Shown: piece after piece, positions 57,674-64,000 of the stretch
Layout of the letters: each line of letters starts with the position of its first letter
How positions within the stretch are numbered: the first letter of the stretch is position 1
Assembly: GCA_035651315.1 (NCBI GenBank)
Contig: DASRFY010000063.1
Location: forward strand, 1,009 to 65,008
Length of the DNA: 64,000 nucleotides
Source: Burkholderiales bacterium
Lineage (GTDB): Bacteria; Pseudomonadota; Gammaproteobacteria; Burkholderiales; Eutrophovitaceae
Reading direction: 5' to 3'
Position numbers and translations under genes: made by a program
The notes under the pieces: generated by a model
The model's input: only the letters and a program-made list of their open reading frames with translations
Database searches by the model: none
What the model was told of the DNA's origin: nothing

Positions 57674-57781
57674 CGTCTGCCCCCGATTCACGCCGCGCGG
57701 CGAGCCGCCGGCTGCCAGCCCGAACATGCAGCGGAGCGAGAAGCATGATCCTCCCACTCTTTGGGCGGGCAGGGAAGGCAT

Positions 57782-58609
57782 TCAGCGCGCCGATACCTTG
57801 CGCTTCCACAGCTCCCAGGCGCGTTCGTAGCCGCCGATGCCGCGCAGCTTCTGCACTTCCTCCGGAGCGAGGTAGGTGATCTTGCCGCCCAGCGCCATCG
57901 CCTGCGCCTGCAGCCGGGCGTTCATCTGCAGGTAAATGCTGCGGCCCACCGCCTCGGGCAGCGACGTTCCCACCACCACCGCCCCGTGCCCGCGCATCAG
58001 CACCGCCGGCTTGTCGCCCAGCGTGCGCGCGAGGGCGCGCCCCAGTTCGGGCGTGCGCACCAGCATGTCGGTCATGCCGCCCGCATCGCGGATCTCGAAT
58101 ACCGGCACCCCCAGTCCGATGAAGGAGGACATGTGGTACACGGGCCGCAACGGCACCCCGGTCACGCCGAACGGGATGACGGCCGGCGAGTGGTGATGCA
58201 CCACCGCCTTGACGTCGGGACGCACGCGGTAGATCTCGCCGTGGATGAAGCGCTCGAGGTAGAGCTTGCGCCCGCGCGCGTCCACCGGATTGCTGTCGAG
58301 GTCGAACTCGAGGATATCCTCCGCGGTGACCAGCTCCGGCGCGACGGAGCGGGCGAGCAGGTAGCGACTGGGATCCTTGTCGTGTCGCGCGCTCACGTGA
58401 CCGTAGCCGTCGACGACCCCCTGGTCGGCGAGAATATGATTTGCGGCCACCAGATCCTCGATCAGCCCCGGGTCGGCCAGCCCCGCGGATGCGGGCGCGG
58501 CGCGTGCGCGCCCCGCGGCGCCGAGCAGTGCGCCCGCGGCGAGGAAGGTGCAGGCAGTCAGAAATTGGCGGCGTTCAGGTCGGACGCCGATCTTGTGCGC
58601 AATGTGCAT
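57782..58609 (-). CDS. class II aldolase/adducin family protein with Tat-type signal
   Basis: 'ERRQFLTACTFLAAGALLGAAGRARA' signal, 'GHVSAR', 'VVHHHSP' and 'MRGHG' motifs. ATG 58609 follows GAGGAGG. Confidence 0.85.
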   Translation of the reverse strand: MHIAHKIGVRPERRQFLTACTFLAAGALLGAAGRARAAPASAGLADPGLIEDLVAANHILADQGVVDGYGHVSARHDKDPSRYLLARSVAPELVTAEDILEFDLDSNPVDARGRKLYLERFIHGEIYRVRPDVKAVVHHHSPAVIPFGVTGVPLRPVYHMSSFIGLGVPVFEIRDAGGMTDMLVRTPELGRALARTLGDKPAVLMRGHGAVVVGTSLPEAVGRSIYLQMNARLQAQAMALGGKITYLAPEEVQKLRGIGGYERAWELWKRKVSAR

Positions 58610-58879
58610 GGCCGCCTCCTCGGAAAGATCGCAGAAGAGCATTCCCCGACGCGAAGTCAGTCGCCTGCAGGCCCGGTGCGGGTCCGGGGCGCGTTTCGAA
58701 TCGCCGGGGCGCGAGCGCAGAACGTCCGGGGGTGGCCGCGGGTTGACGGCTCGCGCTTTGCGCTCGGACGAATGATCCGATTGGAACCGGATCGGCAATC
58801 GATGTCGCGCTTCGCGGACGTTCTCGCGCGCTCACATCCTGCGGCCCCTGGTCTTGCGCGCTGCCAGTGCGGCGACGAG

Positions 58880-59200
58880 AGCGACCGCAGCCAAGGAGGA
58901 AGTACAGCACGATCGGCCTGCCGAAATGCCGGAAGGCCTCCAGCATCGGAACGGAGACGATCTCGCGATGTGCGGCGACAGCGGCGAAGCCCGCGGATTC
59001 CTCGACCTTGAGCCGCTTGCGGCGGTCGCGGCGCCCATCAGGGTCAGGGTGACAAGCAAAATCGACTTGCGGCCGACCCTCCAAGCCGGGCACGTGCAGC
59101 CGGACGATCGGGCGCTCCACAGCGGCGGAGTGTACTTCAGCGCATTGGAGAACAAATTGACGGCGAGAAAGCCCGGAAGGACTTGCCTGCCGGTTCGGGC
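58880..59200 (-). pseudogene. possible histidine kinase HATPase_c remnant
   Basis: The minus strand at 59133-59168 encodes 'NLFSNALKYTPP' (N-box). Downstream similarity is degraded and out of frame. There is no HisKA domain and no start. Confidence 0.35.
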
Positions 59201-59240
59201 GTGCTATAGATGAATCAGGCATATCCGAAAGGAGGGGATC

Positions 59241-59651
59241 ATGGACGAACTGCGCAAGCTGGATTACTTCTCCATGGAGGTCGCGAACAAGGCGGGCGAG
59301 GGTGCGGCCTGTCTGAAGGCGCTCAAGGACGCGGGGGTGAATCTGCTCGCGTTCACCGGCTTCCCGTCCGGGCGCAAGGCCCAGGTCGATTTCATCCCGG
59401 AAGACGCCGCGCAGCTCAAGGCCGTGGCGAAGAAGAACAAGTGGAAGCTTTCGGCGCGCAAGACCGTGTTCCTGGTCCAGGGCGAGGACCGGCTCGGGGC
59501 GATCTACGATGTCATCGGCAAGCTCGCCGAAGCCAAGGTCAGCATCACCGCGCTGGACGCGATGTCCGCCGGCAGCGGGCGCTACGGCGCGATGTTCTGG
59601 GTCAAGCCGCAGGACGTGGCGAAGGCGTCGAGGATCCTGGGCGTCAAATAG
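59241..59651 (+). CDS. hypothetical protein (tandem ACT-like repeats, tentative)
   Basis: AAAGGAGGGG RBS. 136 aa in two similar ~65-aa halves. Confidence 0.6.
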   Translation: MDELRKLDYFSMEVANKAGEGAACLKALKDAGVNLLAFTGFPSGRKAQVDFIPEDAAQLKAVAKKNKWKLSARKTVFLVQGEDRLGAIYDVIGKLAEAKVSITALDAMSAGSGRYGAMFWVKPQDVAKASRILGVK

Positions 59652-59673
59652 CGGCACCGGCGGCGAGTGCCGC

Positions 59674-60036
59674 TCAGAACAGCTGGCTCCAGCCCGCCGA
59701 CACCACCCGGTTTGCGTTGAGCTGCGTGCCGTTCACGTATTGGTACAGCGGCAGCTGCACGAAGCCGTAGACATGCGCCTTCGGACTGGCGGCGTAACTC
59801 AGGCCAGGGGAGAGCCACACCGTCTTGCTGCCGGATTCTTCCGGCTCGCCCTGCAGTCCGCTTTCGTGGTCCTGGTAATTGAGGTTGAGCTGCAGCAGAC
59901 CTTGCAGCGCGTTCGGCTGGGTAAGTCCCAGATCGAGGTTGATCTGCTCGGATTGGAAGGCGCGTATTGTAAGGACTGGGCCGAGGTATCCGATGCGACC
60001 AAATGATCGCGTCGTAAGCGAATCTCGACCGGGCAA
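59674..60036 (-). pseudogene. C-terminal fragment of an outer membrane beta-barrel (MetA-pathway-like) protein
   Basis: Ends in '...VVSAGWSQLF' with beta-strand alternation. No signal peptide. The N-terminal half is absent because the upstream gene stops at 60067. Confidence 0.5.
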
Positions 60037-60066
60037 GAGGTCGGCTGGCGCGCCCTGCCCGAACGT

Positions 60067-61350
60067 TCACGCCTCTCCGTGGGAGAGTTCCGCGGCGCGC
60101 GCGAGCAGCGTGTACCTGGCAACGAGGCCGGCGCCGAAATCACCCGGCGCCTCGCCGCTGTCGATGCAGGCGAGGAATTGGTCCAGCACCCTGGCAAAGT
60201 GCTGCTCATGCGTGGTGCGCAGCATCTCCGGAATCGTGATCCGGAACGCACCGCCCGAGGGCCGCAGGCCGAGGCCGGGGAACTCATCCTGCAAGGACGC
60301 GATCGCGTCCGCGAGCATGCCGGCGAACTTCGCGCCGCTCTCGACCGGTCGCACGCTGAGCGCGGTGACGAATTCCGTACTCGCGTCCTGTTCGACAAGG
60401 AGGTCCGCTCCGCTTCCGCGCAACATGGCGCAGTGCGTGTCCCCGCCGCCTTCCGGCGGCGCGGGTGCCCACAACGACTCCACACGCACCGGGACGCCGT
60501 GCAGCCGGAAGTCGATGCAGGCGTTGCACAGGTAGAGCAGCGCGCCGCCGACCACGCGATCGCGCAGCCCTTCGGGGAAATCCCGCACCCCGGTAATGCG
60601 CCGGAACAGCTCGCGCGGCACCTGCGTCGGCCACTGGCGTGCGGAAACGAGCTCGATGTCCCGCTCGTAGTCGAACGCCCGGTCGCCGCCCGTCATCCAC
60701 TGGGCAAGATCGACCAGGTGGGTGGTGACGTCGACGATGCCCTCACCCTGCACCGCGACGTCGAAGAACCACGATGGGCGCACGAGTGGCCTGCCGCCGA
60801 CCGTCTTGTACAGGTGGTGGACGCTGCGCAGGGCGATCCCGGGCCCGTCGCCATCCGTGCGCAGGCGCCCGAATATCTGCGGCCGTTCGACGAGCGCTTT
60901 CTGGACCCGGTTCGCGATTTCGTAGCGCTCGGTCATGATGTCCATTGCCAGCGGCGGCGATTCGGCCGCCTCTTTCAGCATGTCGAGCTGCCGGGCGCCG
61001 ATGATCCACGGCTTGTCGCCGAGGACGAAGAAACCCGCCGCGTGCAGGCGGAGGATCGAGGACATCTTCGTGTCGTTTCTCCCCGCGACGACCGCCACGT
61101 CGCCGGGGCGTTCCGCACACAGCCGCTGCAGGCAATCCGCGCCGCGGTAGACGTGGAGATTCCAGCATGTGGGCGCCGCGGCGCGTTCGTTGAACGAGCG
61201 CACCAGGCGCAGGAAGCTCTCCAGCTCCGGCCCGTCCTCGGCGTAGACGTAGACGTCGTCGCGCAGACGCGGATGGCGTTCGCGCAGGGTGAGCGCGGCG
61301 TGAAAGTGTCCGGGATTCAGTACGACAAGGGCGTGCTTGCCTGCGGCCAA
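60067..61350 (-). CDS. putative oxidoreductase (Gfo/Idh/MocA-like N-domain plus 'putative oxidoreductase C-terminal' domain)
   Basis: 427-aa clean frame. 'ALVVLNPGHFHAAL' start. TTG start 4 nt after GGAGAG. Confidence 0.7.
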   Translation of the reverse strand: MAAGKHALVVLNPGHFHAALTLRERHPRLRDDVYVYAEDGPELESFLRLVRSFNERAAAPTCWNLHVYRGADCLQRLCAERPGDVAVVAGRNDTKMSSILRLHAAGFFVLGDKPWIIGARQLDMLKEAAESPPLAMDIMTERYEIANRVQKALVERPQIFGRLRTDGDGPGIALRSVHHLYKTVGGRPLVRPSWFFDVAVQGEGIVDVTTHLVDLAQWMTGGDRAFDYERDIELVSARQWPTQVPRELFRRITGVRDFPEGLRDRVVGGALLYLCNACIDFRLHGVPVRVESLWAPAPPEGGGDTHCAMLRGSGADLLVEQDASTEFVTALSVRPVESGAKFAGMLADAIASLQDEFPGLGLRPSGGAFRITIPEMLRTTHEQHFARVLDQFLACIDSGEAPGDFGAGLVARYTLLARAAELSHGEA

Positions 61351-61468
61351 GGTTCTCTCCGCGCGGTCGCGAGCTTGGACCGGAAAAAATGAGCGGCAGG
61401 CGCGGCGGATTCAGCGGTCGATCCGGCGCGTGGAATTCTGCCCGATTCCGCAGAATAATACGCTGCGT

Positions 61469-62794
61469 ATGCCGGCACTTTCTCTGCGTACCCGCTTCGT
61501 CCTCGGGCTCGGCGCCGTCCTGCTGCCCTTTCTTCTCGCCGGCGCGGTGGGCCTGTTCTATCTGCTTCCGCGCCTGATCGATCCCTTGGAGGACGTCGTG
61601 CGGGAGGTGACGGAGGAAATCCATCCCGCGACGCGCCTCCAGGTGAAGCTGCTGGTGGCCGAGACGCCGGTCAGCGACTACCTGATCTACGGCGATCACG
61701 ACGAGCGGCAGCGGTTCGCTCAGCTGCGCCGCGAGGTGGACGAGGCCTTTGCGGCGATCGCGCAGGAACCATTTACCTTGAAGGAGCAGGAAAGTCTGAT
61801 CGCCTCCGCCGGCAAGCAGTGGCAGCAAAGCCTGCCGTTCGCCGAGGCGATCCTGCGACAGCGCCATCCCGTCGGCAACCCCTCGGCGGTGCGCATGATG
61901 GAGACATTCGACGCGCATATCGACCGCGCCGTGGCGCTGCTCGATCAGGTGCAGGCCGTGGCGGATCGCGAGATCGGCCGGGCCCGGGCGGTCGCGCAGG
62001 CGGCGCGCACGAGAAGCGAGTGGATCACGTTCGGCGCGTTTGCGGCGGCGCTCGCGATATCGCTGCTCGCCAGCGCCGTGCTGGCCCGCTCCTTACTGAG
62101 CGGAGTGGATGTGCTGCGCGCCGGCGCGGCCCGGTTGGCCGACGGCGAGCTTTCCCACCGCGTGAGGCTGGCGCGCGAGGACGAGCTCGGCGAGCTCGCG
62201 GCGGTGTTCGACGCCATGGCGGAACGACTGGAGAAAAGCCGCGCCGCGCTCACCGAGCTCGCCACCCGCGACAGCCTGACGGGGCTGTTGAACCGCCGCG
62301 AATTCATGGTGCGCCTGTCCGAGGAGCTGGAACGTTCGCGGCGTTACCGCCATTCCTGCGCGCTGCTGCTGCTGGACCTCGACCACTTCAAGGCCGTGAA
62401 CGATTCGCACGGACACGTCTCCGGGGACGAGGTGCTGCGCATCTTCGCCGACCGGGTCCGGCAGACGCTGCGCCCGGCGGACCAGCCGGCCCGATACGGC
62501 GGCGAGGAATTCGCGGTGATTCTTCCCGAAACGGGGTCCGAAAGCGCCCTGGCCGTTGCCGAACGCATTCGTGGCGCCATTGCCGCCCGAGCGTTCGCTC
62601 TCGCGGCGGGCCGGGCGATCGAACTCACCGTGAGCGTCGGCGTCGCGGCCTTCCCGGACGACGCGCAGACGGTGCACTCGCTCATCGCCGCCGCCGATCG
62701 GGCGCTGTACGCGGCGAAGCAGGCCGGCCGCAACCGGGTGTGCCGGACCGGGACCGCTGCTCCGGGCGAGCCGCAGCCGGGCGGGCGCGCGTGA
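61469..62794 (+). CDS. diguanylate cyclase (2-TM sensor, HAMP, GGDEF)
   Basis: 'RYGGEEFAVIL' active site with an RxxD I-site ('RPAD') 5 residues upstream. HAMP motif 'LADGELSHRV'. Confidence 0.9.
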   Translation: MPALSLRTRFVLGLGAVLLPFLLAGAVGLFYLLPRLIDPLEDVVREVTEEIHPATRLQVKLLVAETPVSDYLIYGDHDERQRFAQLRREVDEAFAAIAQEPFTLKEQESLIASAGKQWQQSLPFAEAILRQRHPVGNPSAVRMMETFDAHIDRAVALLDQVQAVADREIGRARAVAQAARTRSEWITFGAFAAALAISLLASAVLARSLLSGVDVLRAGAARLADGELSHRVRLAREDELGELAAVFDAMAERLEKSRAALTELATRDSLTGLLNRREFMVRLSEELERSRRYRHSCALLLLDLDHFKAVNDSHGHVSGDEVLRIFADRVRQTLRPADQPARYGGEEFAVILPETGSESALAVAERIRGAIAARAFALAAGRAIELTVSVGVAAFPDDAQTVHSLIAAADRALYAAKQAGRNRVCRTGTAAPGEPQPGGRA

Positions 62795-62834
62795 TGCCGG
62801 CGCGTTGAAGTAGCCTGCACCGCGCTTCGCGACA

Positions 62835-63725
62835 TCATTGCGCGTCGCGGGCAGGCGCGCCAGACGGCGCCGACGGTTTGACGCTTCTCGCGACCAGGCG
62901 CCCGCCGCCGAGCTTGCCTTCGCCGAACAGCCCGACGAAGAACGCGTAGGCGCTGTCCCATTTGCGAAAATGCGCCTCCCCGAACCGGCGCACCGTTTCC
63001 TCCTTCAGCCCGCGGTACATCGCCAGCCGCTGCACCAGGATGCCCGACCATTGCCCGCTCAGGTCGTCGCGCGATTCGATCTTGCATCCCTGCCGCTCCA
63101 GCAGCGCGCCATAGCCGTCCAGGGTTTCCAGCGTCGGGAAGGTCATTTCCCGCCTGAGCCGATCCAGTTCCCGCGCGGAGAGCTTTTCCGTGCGCAGGAT
63201 GTCGGTGAAGGCGATGGCGCCGCCGTGCCTGGCCACGCGCGCGCACTCCGCGATGAGCCGCGGCTTGTCGGGCACATGGCACCAGGCTTCCTGGCCGATG
63301 ACGACATCGAAGCTCGCGTCCGCGAACGGCATGTCGAGCGCGTTGCCGAGGCGGAAGTCGACCAGTTGATCCAGGCCGACCAGCTTGGTGAGCCGCTGCG
63401 CGCCGCGATGGCGGCTCTCGGTGAAGTCGAGTCCGGTCACGCGGCAGCCGAGGCGATGCGCGAGGTAGCGCGCCGGGCCGCCCATGCCGCTGCATACGTC
63501 GAGTACCGCGTGTTCGCGCCGGATGCCGGCCTTGGCGAACAGGACGTCGTTCGCCTCGGTGCCGCCGAAGTGGTCCTGGTCGTACTCCTGGAGAATCTCC
63601 TCGGTGAGGCCGGCCTGCGCAACGCCCCTGGCCTGAAGCGCGCGGAGGATCTGCTCCTCGTTGATCGGATGCGCGTCGTAGAAGGCGACGACGCCCGAGA
63701 CCTGCTGCGCGACGAGGTCAGTCAT
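62835..63725 (-). CDS. class I SAM-dependent methyltransferase
   Basis: 'VLDVCSGMGGPARYLA' motif I. Confidence 0.85.
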   Translation of the reverse strand: MTDLVAQQVSGVVAFYDAHPINEEQILRALQARGVAQAGLTEEILQEYDQDHFGGTEANDVLFAKAGIRREHAVLDVCSGMGGPARYLAHRLGCRVTGLDFTESRHRGAQRLTKLVGLDQLVDFRLGNALDMPFADASFDVVIGQEAWCHVPDKPRLIAECARVARHGGAIAFTDILRTEKLSARELDRLRREMTFPTLETLDGYGALLERQGCKIESRDDLSGQWSGILVQRLAMYRGLKEETVRRFGEAHFRKWDSAYAFFVGLFGEGKLGGGRLVARSVKPSAPSGAPARDAQ

Positions 63726-63807
63726 GCGGGAATTTCCTGCTCCGGCCCGTAGCGCGCTGTCCTGTCCACTGTGTGATCGGGAGCGGAAACGCTCGCAGTC
63801 GGGATCC

Positions 63808-63835
63808 AAAAAAAACGGCGGCCCGAAGGCCGCCG
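63808..63835 (-). terminator. intrinsic terminator
   Basis: On the minus strand: CGGCGGCC-TTCG-GGCCGCCG followed by T8, 23 nt after the stop at 63858. Confidence 0.6.
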
Positions 63836-63857
63836 CCGCGTTACCACTGCCAGCCGC

Positions 63858-64000
63858 TTACGCCGAAAGATCGGTCTTGGAGATCGGCAGCTCGAGAATG
63901 CGCTTGCCGGTAGCGGCGAAGATCGCATTGGTGAGCGCCGGCGCGAACGGCGGAGTACCCGGTTCGCCGATGCCTCCCGGCGGATAGTTGCTGTCGGCAT
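63858..64000 (-). CDS. molybdopterin-binding oxidoreductase subunit (xanthine dehydrogenase/IorB-like), 3' end only
   Basis: The C-terminal peptide '[34 protein letters not shown]' is typical of Mo-hydroxylase large subunits. The gene continues beyond the window edge. Confidence 0.7.
   Translation of the reverse strand, partial: ADSNYPPGGIGEPGTPPFAPALTNAIFAATGKRILELPISKTDLSA

Noticed and set aside
58575-59657. A 360-aa minus-strand ORF covering the gap and the ACT-like gene.
   Set aside because: It is antisense to the RBS-supported 59241-59651 gene. Only a short part overlaps the histidine-kinase-like remnant, and in a different frame from the N-box.

Overview
This is a GC-rich chromosomal segment from a Gram-negative, probably proteobacterial, genome. 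The evidence is RND/NodT efflux genes, a TonB-dependent receptor, an E. coli-like EttA and strong GGAGG ribosome-binding sites. I support about 55 intact protein-coding genes. I found no rRNA, tRNA or CRISPR array. All family calls come from motif recall only; no database search was possible.

Most of the window is ordinary:
- Two paralogous RND efflux modules.
- Sugar-acid and AtuA/TauD-type catabolic clusters with MFS transporters.
- A split transketolase, EttA, a stand-alone ATP-dependent DNA ligase, a LivJ-type binding protein, a HAMP-GGDEF cyclase and assorted oxidoreductases.

The parts that stand out:
1. A scrambled accessory patch at about 33.7-36.7 kb. It holds an orphan chrB, a multiply frameshifted di-heme cytochrome-like gene, a second chrB 3' end and a REP-hairpin-flanked ghost of a REP-associated tyrosine transposase (RAYT). 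It also holds a clearly lower-GC single gene for an FRG-domain protein with an unassigned N-terminal domain. This FRG gene is my best candidate for an undescribed conflict or defence-type gene.
2. An orphan six-Cys secreted peptide at 10657-10908 that looks like a BufA2/bufferin-type RiPP precursor. No MNIO (DUF692) or DUF2063 partner is present. It sits next to an exported amidohydrolase-fold protein.
3. A near-consensus sigma-54 promoter in front of a membrane protein with a PLD-like or DUF5919-like soluble domain (7959-8879).
4. A second mobile-element graveyard at 53.1-53.9 kb: a RAYT/IS200-like fragment fused in frame to an antitoxin-like ORF, plus an IS3 OrfA stub.
5. An unusually high density of gene remnants, about ten in 64 kb. 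This indicates either real genome decay and rearrangement or assembly errors.

The many long Arg/Ala/Gly-rich ORFs antisense to real genes are high-GC shadow ORFs and are not annotated.
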